Source: Verrucomicrobiota bacterium
Lineage (GTDB): Bacteria > Verrucomicrobiota > Verrucomicrobiia > CAIQCK01
Assembly (NCBI GenBank): GCA_016235595.1
Contig: JACRJX010000001.1
Location: forward strand, 57,848 to 121,847
Direction: 5' to 3'
DNA: 64,000 nt
This document shows, piece by piece, positions 48,759 to 57,508 of the stretch. The notes beneath the pieces are model-generated. The model searched no databases. It was not told the origin of the DNA and saw only the letters and a program-made list of their open reading frames with translations. Both the position numbers and the translations under genes were made by a program. Each line of letters begins with the position of its first letter. Positions within the stretch are counted from its first letter, which is position 1.

Positions 48759-49076
48759 GGTAGATCCAAATCTGTGAGTCAGCCTGCGGCTTATCGGGCA
48801 CACCTCAGCGCGGGCCGTTGGAGCCACAGCCGATGTTCAACAGGATTCCCGATCATTTTCATATCATGAGCCGACAGGCAAAAACTATAGAAGAAAGCCC
48901 GCGCGCTTGCCACCACGGAAAACAGTGCGGCGCGGATGGACTTTACCCACGCCGCTTACGGCATGACTCGCTTTGGCCCTTGTGACAAATAAGGACTACA
49001 GTAGCTGCGAAAACACTGGCTTGGCGCGACGTCCACAGGCGCACGAAGAAGGAGTGCGAGAATTTCGAGGACGTCG

Positions 49077-49090
49077 TTGACCTGCGTCAA
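49077..49090. promoter_or_regulatory. Perfect palindrome TTGAC-ctgc-GTCAA (CRP/FNR-family-like half-sites) upstream of qNOR
   Basis: Read directly. The centre (49083.5) lies 41.5 nt upstream of the A of the norB ATG (49125). Confidence 0.45.
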
Positions 49091-49124
49091 TCCCAGCGCC
49101 GCTCGAAAAGACGAGGTTAGCGTC

Positions 49125-51392
49125 ATGAATTACAGAGGTCTCTGGTTGACATTGGCGGTGGTGATCGTGGGGTCGTTTGGAGTGCTGGGTTACTTCGGGT
49201 ACGAGATCTACCAGCAAGCGCCTCCGGTTCCCGAATGCGTCGTGACAACGGACGGCAAGGTGTTGTTCACGGGGCAGGAGATCAAGGACGGCCAGAATGT
49301 CTGGCAATCCATCGGTGGCCAGGAGGTTGGCACGGTGTGGGGCCACGGCGCCTACGTCGCGCCGGACTGGTCGGCGGACCGGCTGCATCGCGAGGCTGTT
49401 TGGATGCTTGACCGCTGGGCCACGATGGAGCACGGCAAGGCATTTGACGCGCTGGATGCCGAGAGGCAGTCGGCGTTGCAAGGGCGGTTGAAGAAGGAAA
49501 TCCGCGCGAATACCTACGATGTGGCCACGGGCAGGCTCGTCGTCTCGCCTTTGCGCGCGGAAGCCATCACGGCGGTGAGCGCGCACTATGCGGCGCTGTT
49601 CGGCCACGATCCGGCGCTGGCAAAGTTGCGCGACGCCTACGCCATCCCGGCGGACTCGATCAAGGATCCGCAGCGGCAGAAGGCGCTGAACGCGTTCTTC
49701 TTCTGGGCCGCGTGGGCGTGCGCGACGGAACGGCCGGGGCAGAGTGTGACCTACACGCAGAACTGGCCCGCGGAACGACTGATTGACAATCATCCAACGG
49801 GCGCGGCGGTGGTTTGGTCGGTGGTGAGTTTCGTGTTGTTGCTGGCGGGCGTGGGCGCGCTCGCGTGGTATTTCGCCGTCGTGAACCGCAAGTCAGCAGA
49901 GGAGGAGCCGGCGCGGGTGCCCGAACAAGACCCGCTGCGCGCGCTGGTGGCGACGCCTTCCATGAAAGCAACGCTGAAATACTTCTGGGTCGTGGCGGCG
50001 CTGATTGTCGTGCAGGTCGGGCTGGGCGCGGTGACGGCGCACTACGGTGTTGAAGGCGGCGGCTTCTACGGCATTTCGCTGGCGCAATGGCTGCCCTACT
50101 CGGTCGCACGGACATGGCACGTGCAGCTCGGCATCTTCTGGATTGCAACTGCTTGGCTGGCGACGGGGTTGTTCGTCGCGCCGGCGGTGTCAGGGCGCGA
50201 GCCGCGTTTCCAGTCGCTTGGCGTCAACTTCCTCTTCGTATGCCTGCTGATCATCGTCGGCGGCTCGCTGACAGGGCAATGGTTTGGCGTGCAACAGAAA
50301 CTCGGCTTGACGATGAACTTCTGGTTCGGCCATCAAGGCTTGGAATACGTTGACCTTGGCCGGTTCTGGCAGATTTTTCTTTTTGTCGGTTTGTTTGTGT
50401 GGCTGTTCCTGATGGGCCGCGCGTTGTGGCCGGCATTGCGGCAGCCGGGCGAGAACCGGCATCTTCTGGCGCTGTTCGTCATCGCGTCGGCGGCGATTGC
50501 ATTGTTCTACGGCGCCGGCCTGATGTGGCACCGCCAAACCAACCTCGCCATGATCGAATACTGGCGGTGGTGGGTCGTGCATTTGTGGGTGGAAGGATTC
50601 TTCGAGGTGTTCGCGACGGTGGTCATCGCCTTCTTGTTTGCACGGATGGGGCTGCTGCGGATCGCGACCGCCACGAGCGCGGTGCTGTTCTCGACGATCA
50701 TCTTCCTGACCGGCGGCATCATCGGCACATTCCATCATCTTTACTTTACCGGCACACCGGTGGCGGTGCTGGCGCTGGGCGCGACCTTCAGCGCGCTGGA
50801 GGTGGTGCCGCTGGTGCTCATCGGGTTTGAGGGCTACGAGAACCTGACGCTGACGCGCGCGAAGCCGTGGGTGAGCGCGTATAAGTGGCCGATCTATTTC
50901 TTCGTGTCGGTGGCGTTCTGGAACCTGGTCGGCGCGGGCCTGTTCGGGTTTCTCATCAACCCGCCGATAGCGCTTTATTACATGCAGGGGTTGAACACGA
51001 CGCCGGTGCACGGCCACACGGCGCTGTTCGGCGTTTATGGCATGCTCGGCATTGGGCTGATGCTCTTCTGCCTGCGAGGACTGACCCCTCACCGCGTCTG
51101 GAAGACGGGCGCGCTGAGCTTCACTTTCTGGAGCATGAACATTGGCCTGATCCTGATGGTGCTGCTGAGCTTGCTGCCGCTCGGCCTGATGCAAACGTGG
51201 GCCAGCGTCGAACACGGAATGTGGTATGCCCGCTCCGCTGATTTCATGCAGACACCGTTGTTGAACAACCTCCGCTGGGCGCGTGTCATCGGCGACACCA
51301 TTTTCGCCGCGGGCACGGTTGCGCTCGGCTGGTTCGTGCTCGGCCTGAAGACCGGCTGGTCGCTCAAGCCCGGGAAGCTGTCCGGCGAATAG
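49125..51392 (+). CDS. norB: Quinol-dependent nitric oxide reductase (qNOR, single-subunit NorB/NorZ type)
   Basis: 755 aa. The N-terminal TM plus periplasmic NorC-like extension lacks CxxCH. Heme-copper-oxidase core motifs are present: 'WWVVHLWVEGFFE' and 'HGHTALFGVYG'. ATG at 49125 with GAGG 8 nt upstream. Confidence 0.9.
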   Translation: MNYRGLWLTLAVVIVGSFGVLGYFGYEIYQQAPPVPECVVTTDGKVLFTGQEIKDGQNVWQSIGGQEVGTVWGHGAYVAPDWSADRLHREAVWMLDRWATMEHGKAFDALDAERQSALQGRLKKEIRANTYDVATGRLVVSPLRAEAITAVSAHYAALFGHDPALAKLRDAYAIPADSIKDPQRQKALNAFFFWAAWACATERPGQSVTYTQNWPAERLIDNHPTGAAVVWSVVSFVLLLAGVGALAWYFAVVNRKSAEEEPARVPEQDPLRALVATPSMKATLKYFWVVAALIVVQVGLGAVTAHYGVEGGGFYGISLAQWLPYSVARTWHVQLGIFWIATAWLATGLFVAPAVSGREPRFQSLGVNFLFVCLLIIVGGSLTGQWFGVQQKLGLTMNFWFGHQGLEYVDLGRFWQIFLFVGLFVWLFLMGRALWPALRQPGENRHLLALFVIASAAIALFYGAGLMWHRQTNLAMIEYWRWWVVHLWVEGFFEVFATVVIAFLFARMGLLRIATATSAVLFSTIIFLTGGIIGTFHHLYFTGTPVAVLALGATFSALEVVPLVLIGFEGYENLTLTRAKPWVSAYKWPIYFFVSVAFWNLVGAGLFGFLINPPIALYYMQGLNTTPVHGHTALFGVYGMLGIGLMLFCLRGLTPHRVWKTGALSFTFWSMNIGLILMVLLSLLPLGLMQTWASVEHGMWYARSADFMQTPLLNNLRWARVIGDTIFAAGTVALGWFVLGLKTGWSLKPGKLSGE

Positions 51393-51454
51393 GCCATCGT
51401 CCACAAAGCCACCACGTTAACTGGAGACCGGACGAGTGATTGCGCCTTCTCCGC

Positions 51455-51802
51455 TCAGGCGCGGATCATCGTCAGCATCATTTTGAAACGAACGGGGGCT
51501 TTCAGGGCATGGGGTTCGTTCGCCGGCATGATGATGAACTCGCCGGCTTTGACGCGATGGACCTTGCCGGAGATGGTGATGTCCGCCTCGCCTTCGAGCA
51601 CGTTGATGAGCGCATCAAATGGCGCGGTGTGCTCGCTAAGGCCCTCGCCCGCGTCGAAAGCGAACAACGTCACCGTCCCGACGCTCTTCTTGACGATCTG
51701 CCGGCTCACGACCGAACCGGTTTGGTAATCCACCGTGCCCAGCGTGTTCAGCGCCTGGGCCTTGAACTTGGCGGTTTCATCCACGTTGTGATTGCATTCC
51801 AT
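51455..51802 (-). CDS. Small cupin domain protein (115 aa)
   Basis: 'SEHTAPFDALINVLEGEADITISGKVHRVKAGEFIIMPANEPHAL' is the two-motif cupin_2 pattern. Start ATG at 51802. Confidence 0.8.
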   Translation of the reverse strand: MECNHNVDETAKFKAQALNTLGTVDYQTGSVVSRQIVKKSVGTVTLFAFDAGEGLSEHTAPFDALINVLEGEADITISGKVHRVKAGEFIIMPANEPHALKAPVRFKMMLTMIRA

Positions 51803-51824
51803 GATTGCGTCTCCTGTGTGTGGG

Positions 51825-52424
51825 TCACTGTTTTCGTTCTGAAGCTGGCGGTTTCGCGGCGTACGCGACGCGCTCAATGTAGCCGATGAACTCGACATAC
51901 GCCTCGACGTATTTGCGGCCAGCATCGGCATTGCTGTCGGCGTCCTCTTTGGCGGCATGCGCCCGTTCAAACCGTTTCCGGATGCCGTCGGCAATGCCAT
52001 CGGCAAGGGCTTTGGCCAAAGGCTGCACATCGCCACTGATCAAAGCCTCGTCGGCTTTGGCGACGGCGGCCTCGACCTCGGCGCCTGATGGTTTCTGTTC
52101 CGCGCAGGTCACGCCCGAGCCGGCACGGTGAATCCTCACCAGCGTGTTGAGGAAATAGTTGTCGGCGAGTTCCTTCGCTTCCGGACCGAGCTTTCTCACG
52201 GCCAGCGTTTTCTGAAACGCCTCGCGAATCCCGACCTCGCGGTCTTTCTTGACCCACTTGAGCGCTGGTGTCACGTCGCCCTTTTCCAGCGCGGTTTTTG
52301 CGGCGGTCACAACCGGCCCGTCCGCGATGTCGCCGGAGCTGCGCGCGGCGGGCAACCCGAGCAAGCAAACACCCGCGCTGACAGCCACAGCGGCGATTCC
52401 AAATCGGCTCAGCTTCGTTATCAT
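51825..52424 (-). CDS. Secreted helical hypothetical protein (resembles the DUF6448 family from memory)
   Basis: Signal peptide (AAVAVSAGVCLLGLPAARS). 'DGPVVTAAKTALEKGDVTPALKWVKKDREVGIREAFQKTLAVRKLGPEAKELADNYFLNTLVRIHR' matches my recollection of DUF6448. Only 23 nt upstream of the cupin gene, so probably one operon. Confidence 0.6.
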   Translation of the reverse strand: MITKLSRFGIAAVAVSAGVCLLGLPAARSSGDIADGPVVTAAKTALEKGDVTPALKWVKKDREVGIREAFQKTLAVRKLGPEAKELADNYFLNTLVRIHRAGSGVTCAEQKPSGAEVEAAVAKADEALISGDVQPLAKALADGIADGIRKRFERAHAAKEDADSNADAGRKYVEAYVEFIGYIERVAYAAKPPASERKQ

Positions 52425-52486
52425 CTTCAGGTCCTCAATCGCGTTCTTCGTTCAACCCACCCTAAACCATACCCGGAGAGGGCGGA

Positions 52487-52500
52487 TTGATGAAGATCAA
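52487..52500. promoter_or_regulatory. Canonical FNR/Dnr/NnrR-type box TTGAT-gaag-ATCAA
   Basis: Exact match to the TTGAT-N4-ATCAA consensus. The centre is 69.5 nt upstream of the 52424 ATG. A TAGGGT (-10-like, reverse complement of 52459-52464) sits where a class II promoter would need it. The box is also 128 nt upstream of the divergent REC-PP2C gene. Confidence 0.6.
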
Positions 52501-52627
52501 CAATCGAATGTCTTGTTTCGTTGCGGGTTCCCACCCACATCGTCCGCGCAAATTCGGGCGGACTGCCTGAAAAAGCGAGGGGTTTTTGTTTGACCATTGG
52601 AAGATTGCCGTCGAAGTTAGCGCCGCC

Positions 52628-53857
52628 ATGGGAGAAAAAGCGATTCGTATTCTGCTCGTTGAGGACAACTCGGACGACGCACTGTTGCTGCGACGCATGC
52701 TGAAAGAGGGACCGTCCGATCAGTTTGAACTGGTTCACGTCGACCGGCTCGACGCGGCGTTGAAACGGCTCAACGAGCCGGTGTTCGATGTGGTGTTGCT
52801 GGACCTTTCCCTCCCGGACAGCCGCGGGTTGGAAACCTTTCGCAAGCTCCACGACCAGACGACGACAGTGCCCGTCGTCGTGCTGACAGGACTGGACGAT
52901 GAGACCACGGCCATCACAGCGGCCAAGGAAGGTGCCCAGGATTATGTGGTCAAGGGACAGTTCAACCGCGGCCTGCTCGTGCGCGCGATGCGATACGCCA
53001 TCGAGCGAAAGCGGGCGGAGATGGAACTGGCCAACTACGCCCGACAACTGCGCCAGAAGAACCAACAAATGCAGTCCGACCTCGATCTGGCGCGCGAGGT
53101 CCAGTTGGCGCTGCTGCCGCAGCAATTTCCGACGTTCCCGCACGGCGTTGCGCCGAAGGATTCGGCGCTGACGTTTTGCGGGCGTTACGAACCAGCCGCG
53201 ACGCTCGGAGGTGATTACTACGACGTGTTCCCGCTGTCGAACTCCGCCGCGGGCGTCTTGATTTGCGACGTGATGGGCCACGGTGTGCGGGCGGGGTTGC
53301 TCACGGCCATGATCCGCGCGCTGATGGAAGAACTCACCGCTCCCGCCACCGGCGTCGCCGCCGATCCCGGCCGGTTGCTCACGCAAATCAACCGCGGGCT
53401 GACCGTCATCTTGAAACAGGCGGGCACGACCCTGTTTGTCACGGCCTTCTATCTGGTGGCCGACGTGGCGCGTGGCCAGCTTCGCTACGCCAACGCCGGC
53501 CATCCAAGCCCGCTGCACGTGCGGCGGGATCTGAAGACCGTCGAACTGCTGGGCGAGGACAACGAGTCGGGTCCCGCACTGGGGTTGCTGGAAAACGCCG
53601 TGTTCAAAACCTTCGAGCAGCCGATGTCCGCCGGCGACCTGGCGATGTTGTTCACGGACGGCCTGTTTGAAGCGGAGGGGTCCAGCGGCGAGATTTTTGG
53701 TGAGAAGCGGCTGCGGGAAGCCGTCCAAAAGTATCTCCACTTGCCGATGAACGGTTTGTTTGACGCGCTGCTCGCCGAGGTGCGGCAATTCGCGCAACAG
53801 CGGGGGCTTGCGGATGACGTGTGCATGGTCGGGATGGAAGTGGCCCGCGTCGGTTGA
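52628..53857 (+). CDS. Response regulator receiver fused to PP2C/SpoIIE-type phosphatase (RsbU-like)
   Basis: REC domain ('IRILLVEDNSDDALLL', 'DVVLLDLSLPD', 'PVVVLTG'). SpoIIE domain ('GGDYYDVF', 'VLICDVMGHGVRAG', 'LFTDGLFE'). Confidence 0.9.
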   Translation: MGEKAIRILLVEDNSDDALLLRRMLKEGPSDQFELVHVDRLDAALKRLNEPVFDVVLLDLSLPDSRGLETFRKLHDQTTTVPVVVLTGLDDETTAITAAKEGAQDYVVKGQFNRGLLVRAMRYAIERKRAEMELANYARQLRQKNQQMQSDLDLAREVQLALLPQQFPTFPHGVAPKDSALTFCGRYEPAATLGGDYYDVFPLSNSAAGVLICDVMGHGVRAGLLTAMIRALMEELTAPATGVAADPGRLLTQINRGLTVILKQAGTTLFVTAFYLVADVARGQLRYANAGHPSPLHVRRDLKTVELLGEDNESGPALGLLENAVFKTFEQPMSAGDLAMLFTDGLFEAEGSSGEIFGEKRLREAVQKYLHLPMNGLFDALLAEVRQFAQQRGLADDVCMVGMEVARVG

Positions 53858-53961
53858 CACGCGCGAGCGAAGAACGTTTTGGATTTGCGGCGCTTGCGCC
53901 AGCGTTATTTGTTGCGCTAGATTTTGTCCATATCACATCACATGTATGGAGGTCTGACCTG

Positions 53962-56841
53962 ATGCCGGAAGGCCATATTAAAATCCTGCACATCGAAGAC
54001 GACCGCAGTAGCGCGGACGTGGTGCGCGCAATGTTGTCATCGGCGCCGGGGGGGGCGTTCGACTTGGAGCGGGTGGACCGGCTCGACAAGGGTCTGGAAC
54101 GTCTTGCCAAAGGTGACATAGACGTGGTGTTGCTAGACTTGGGTCTGCCTGATTGTCATGGTCTGGAGACGTTCACCCGCACGCGCACGGTATCGCCGCA
54201 GACGGCGATCATCGTGTTCACTGCCGCGGACGACGAGGAACTGGCCATCCACGCCGTGCATGAGGGCGCGCAGGACTATCTGAGCAAGAGCATGATCCAG
54301 GGATCGGCGGGACGTCTGCTTCTGACGCGCGCCATCCGCTATGCCGTCGAGCGCCGCCACGCGCAGGAGACGCTGGCCGAGGAACGCCGTCTGTTGCGAA
54401 ACCTCATAGACAGCTTTCCCGACCACATCTACGTGAAGAACACCGAGAGCAAGTTCCTCATGGTGAACAGGGTGACGACGCGGTTCTTTGGCAAGGAGAG
54501 GCCCGAGGACATCGTCGGGAAGACGGATTTCGATTTCTTCCCGCATGGGTTGGCGATGCAGTTTCGCGCGGAGGAGCAGGCGGTGCTCAACTCGGCCCAG
54601 ACGCTCGTGAACCGCGAAGCGGCTGTCACCGACAGCACGGGCAAGACCCGTTGGATACTGACGACCAAGGTGCAATTGCACGATGGCCGCGGCAGAGTCA
54701 CCGGTCTGCTCGGCGTCAATCGTGACATCACCGAGATCAAGGAAGCTGAGATAGAGAGAGCACAGCTGGCGGGCAACCTGCACCTGATGCTGGAATCCAC
54801 CGCAGTTGGTTTCTTCGGCATGGATCGTGCGGGCCGTTGCACGTTTATCAACAAGGCCGGCGCCAAGATGCTGGGTTACGAGCCATCCGAGCTGGAAGGC
54901 AAGGACGTCCACCAGACCATTCATTTCATGCGGCCTGACGGGTCGCCGTATCCGGCGGAAGAATGCCCGATGACCCAGGCGATCCGGACAGGAGAGGGCG
55001 CCGATGTGGACACGGAAATTTTGTGGCGCCGCAACGGGACGTCGTTCCCGACGGAATACACTGCGTTTCCGGTCAAGGAACACAACGTCATCCAAGGGGC
55101 GGTGGTGACGTTTCTGGACACCACGCAGCGGCACGCCGCCGAGATGGCGCTGGATGCGGAGCGCAATCTGCTGCGCGCGCTCATCGACAATCTGCCCGAT
55201 TACATTCTGGTCAAGGACACGCAGGGCCGTTATCTCGTGGATAACATCGCGCACCGCCGTTTCGTGGGAGCCAAGACCGCCGAGGAGGTCGTCGGCAAGA
55301 CACCAGCGGATTTCTTCCCCGCAGCCGAGGCAAATCGCATCCAAGCCGAGGACGCGGAAATCATACGCAGTGGCCAGCCGATAGTTAACCGGGAGGAACT
55401 CATCACCAGTCCCGATGGTCAGCGGTTGTGGGTCTGGGAGACCAAGGTTCCCTTGCGCGAGGCCAGAGGCGCCACCACCGGATTGGTCGCCATTATCAGC
55501 GACGTCACTGAACACAAGAAGGCCGAACAGCGTCTGGCGATACAACACGCCGTGACCAGCGTCCTGGCCGAGGCGCCGACGCTGGACGACGCCACGCCCA
55601 AAATCCTCAAAGCTCTCTGCGAAGGTCTCGGATGGGACTTTGGCGAATTGTGGATCCCGGACTGGCACCAGAACGTTTTGCACTGCATCAAGACCTGGCA
55701 CGCGCCCAGCTTCGATCTGGGCGAGTTGGAGACCGCCACATCCGAAACATTCCTGTCGCCGGGCATCGGCGTGCCCGGCCGCGTCTGGTCTTCTGCCAAA
55801 CCGGCCTGGGTTCCCGACGTCACCCACGACAGCAATTTCCCCAGTGCCCGGTTTGCCGCCAAGGCGGGACTGCGCGGCTCGCTCGGTTTCCCCGTCATGC
55901 TCGGCCCACTGGTCCTCGGTGTCGTCGCTTTCTGCAGCCGCGAGATTTCCGAACCGGATGACAGTCTTCTCCGGATGTTCACCGCCATCGGCAGCCAGAT
56001 CGGCCAATTCATCGAGCGCAAACAGGCCGAGGAGCAACTGAAGAAGACGCTTCTCGACCTGACCCGCGCGCACGAGGAACTGAAAACCGCCCAAGCGCAG
56101 CTCGTCGAGGTGGAGAAGATGGAGACCGTCGGCCGCCTGGCCGCAGGCGTCGCTCACGAGGTGAAGAACCCGCTTGCCATCATCCGTATGGGCGTGGATT
56201 ACGCCAGAGGCCAGCTCAAGGGCCACAACGGCGATCTTGAGCAGGTCCTGAACGACGTGAACGGCGCCATTCAGCGCGCCGCCAACATCGTCAACGGCCT
56301 GCTCGACCTCAGCGCAGCGCAGGAACTGACCGTGAAGCCGTCGGACGTGCACGTGTTGCTGGAACAGTGCCTCTCCATGCTCCGTCATGCCACCTCCACC
56401 GCGCACGTGCAGGTGATCCGCGACTTCGCCGAAAAGCTGCCGATGCTGAAACTCGACCCGCAGAAGATGGAGCAGGTGTTTCTCAACATCATGCTCAACG
56501 CCATCCACGCCATGTCCGATGGCGGCACGCTTACCGTGCGCACCTACTCCAAGCGGCTCCAGGTCGGCGATGTGAACCGCGATCCCGGCAGCCGTTCCGG
56601 CATGCGGCTCCGTTCGGGCGACATGACCGTGGTCGTGGAGGTGGACGACACCGGCACCGGCATCCCGGAAGACAAACTGGCAAAGGTGTTCGACCCCTTC
56701 TTCACCACCAAACCCACCGGCATAGGCACTGGCTTGGGATTGACAGTCTCACGGCGGATTGTCAACATGCATGGCGGTACGATTCGTATACAAAACCGGC
56801 CCGAAGGCGGCGCGCGTGCCACGATTTTGCTCAAGGCCTGA
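53962..56841 (+). CDS. Hybrid sensor kinase: N-terminal REC, three PAS domains, GAF, HisKA, HATPase_c
   Basis: REC ('IKILHIEDD', 'DVVLLDLGLPD'). Repeated PAS blocks with 'RDITE(I/H)K' junctions. GAF ('WDFGELWIPD...GVPGRVW'). H-box 'AAGVAHEVKNPL'. 'DDTGTGIP' and 'GTGLGL'. ATG at 53962 with GGAGG upstream. Confidence 0.9.
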   Translation: MPEGHIKILHIEDDRSSADVVRAMLSSAPGGAFDLERVDRLDKGLERLAKGDIDVVLLDLGLPDCHGLETFTRTRTVSPQTAIIVFTAADDEELAIHAVHEGAQDYLSKSMIQGSAGRLLLTRAIRYAVERRHAQETLAEERRLLRNLIDSFPDHIYVKNTESKFLMVNRVTTRFFGKERPEDIVGKTDFDFFPHGLAMQFRAEEQAVLNSAQTLVNREAAVTDSTGKTRWILTTKVQLHDGRGRVTGLLGVNRDITEIKEAEIERAQLAGNLHLMLESTAVGFFGMDRAGRCTFINKAGAKMLGYEPSELEGKDVHQTIHFMRPDGSPYPAEECPMTQAIRTGEGADVDTEILWRRNGTSFPTEYTAFPVKEHNVIQGAVVTFLDTTQRHAAEMALDAERNLLRALIDNLPDYILVKDTQGRYLVDNIAHRRFVGAKTAEEVVGKTPADFFPAAEANRIQAEDAEIIRSGQPIVNREELITSPDGQRLWVWETKVPLREARGATTGLVAIISDVTEHKKAEQRLAIQHAVTSVLAEAPTLDDATPKILKALCEGLGWDFGELWIPDWHQNVLHCIKTWHAPSFDLGELETATSETFLSPGIGVPGRVWSSAKPAWVPDVTHDSNFPSARFAAKAGLRGSLGFPVMLGPLVLGVVAFCSREISEPDDSLLRMFTAIGSQIGQFIERKQAEEQLKKTLLDLTRAHEELKTAQAQLVEVEKMETVGRLAAGVAHEVKNPLAIIRMGVDYARGQLKGHNGDLEQVLNDVNGAIQRAANIVNGLLDLSAAQELTVKPSDVHVLLEQCLSMLRHATSTAHVQVIRDFAEKLPMLKLDPQKMEQVFLNIMLNAIHAMSDGGTLTVRTYSKRLQVGDVNRDPGSRSGMRLRSGDMTVVVEVDDTGTGIPEDKLAKVFDPFFTTKPTGIGTGLGLTVSRRIVNMHGGTIRIQNRPEGGARATILLKA

Positions 56842-56861
56842 ACCAAGAGGAAACAATCATC

Positions 56862-57254
56862 ATGGAAAAGAAACGTATTCTGGTTGTGGACGACGAGGTC
56901 GGCTTTACCCGCATGGTGCGGCTGAACCTGGAGCAAACGGGCGTCTATGAAGTGCGCGAAGTCAACGAAGGCAAGGCCGCCCTGCCCACCGCCCGCACGT
57001 TCAAGCCCGACCTGATCCTCCTGGACGTGGTCATGCCGGACATCGACGGCGGCGACGTTGCTGCTTCAATTCAACAAGACCCGATCTTGAAAAAAGTGCC
57101 CGTGATCTTCGTCACCGCCGTCGTGCGCAAGCGCGAAGCCGGCAGTGCCGGCATGGTCAGCGGCGGCGCGCTTTTCCTGGCCAAACCCATCGGCATCGTG
57201 GAACTTATCGAAGCCATCGAGTCTGCCATCGGCAAACCCAAGCCCGCGGCCTGA
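56862..57254 (+). CDS. Stand-alone response regulator receiver (CheY-like)
   Basis: 'KRILVVDDE', 'DLILLDVVMPDIDG', 'PVIFVTA' and 'FLAKP' motifs. 20 nt after the kinase stop, with AGAGG upstream. Confidence 0.9.
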   Translation: MEKKRILVVDDEVGFTRMVRLNLEQTGVYEVREVNEGKAALPTARTFKPDLILLDVVMPDIDGGDVAASIQQDPILKKVPVIFVTAVVRKREAGSAGMVSGGALFLAKPIGIVELIEAIESAIGKPKPAA

Positions 57255-57314
57255 GCAGCAACGCCAGTTCTGGAAGAACCTGCAGCTTTGCTTCGATCGT
57301 AAAAGACGGTCACT

Positions 57315-57500
57315 CTACGCCCGCCGCTCGCGAATCGCCGCCAGAATGCCCGCGATGACTTCCGCCCGCGGCTTCGAGCCGAGGTCGCCTTTGCCGTGGA
57401 CGCCTCCGAAAAAGGCGTTCGCCGCCTGATAGCGCAGGCCGACCACCAACGTCATGTAGATCCTCTCTTTCCTGGCTTCCCGAATCCTCGCTTTGAACGT
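57315..57500 (-). pseudogene. Displaced, diverged copy of the thrS 3' end (last ~60 codons)
   Basis: Translates to ...RIREARKERIYMTLVVGLRYQAANAFFGGVHGKGDLGSKPRAEVIAGILAAIRERRA*. The real ThrRS C-terminus is RIKRAEEAKAHTMLIVGGRDQAANAVSVRVHGKGDLGSKPRAEVVAEILTAIRERKP*. A 43-nt stretch is identical (57361-57403 = 58370-58412). Confidence 0.8.
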
Positions 57501-57508
57501 GACGCGCA

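Noticed and set aside
49077-49124. GTG at 49077 as the qNOR start codon (track ORF 49077-51392).
   Set aside because: The extra 16 residues (MTCVNPSAARKDEVSV) are not part of the conserved qNOR N-terminus. The ATG at 49125 has a GAGG at proper spacing and begins directly at the first TM helix.
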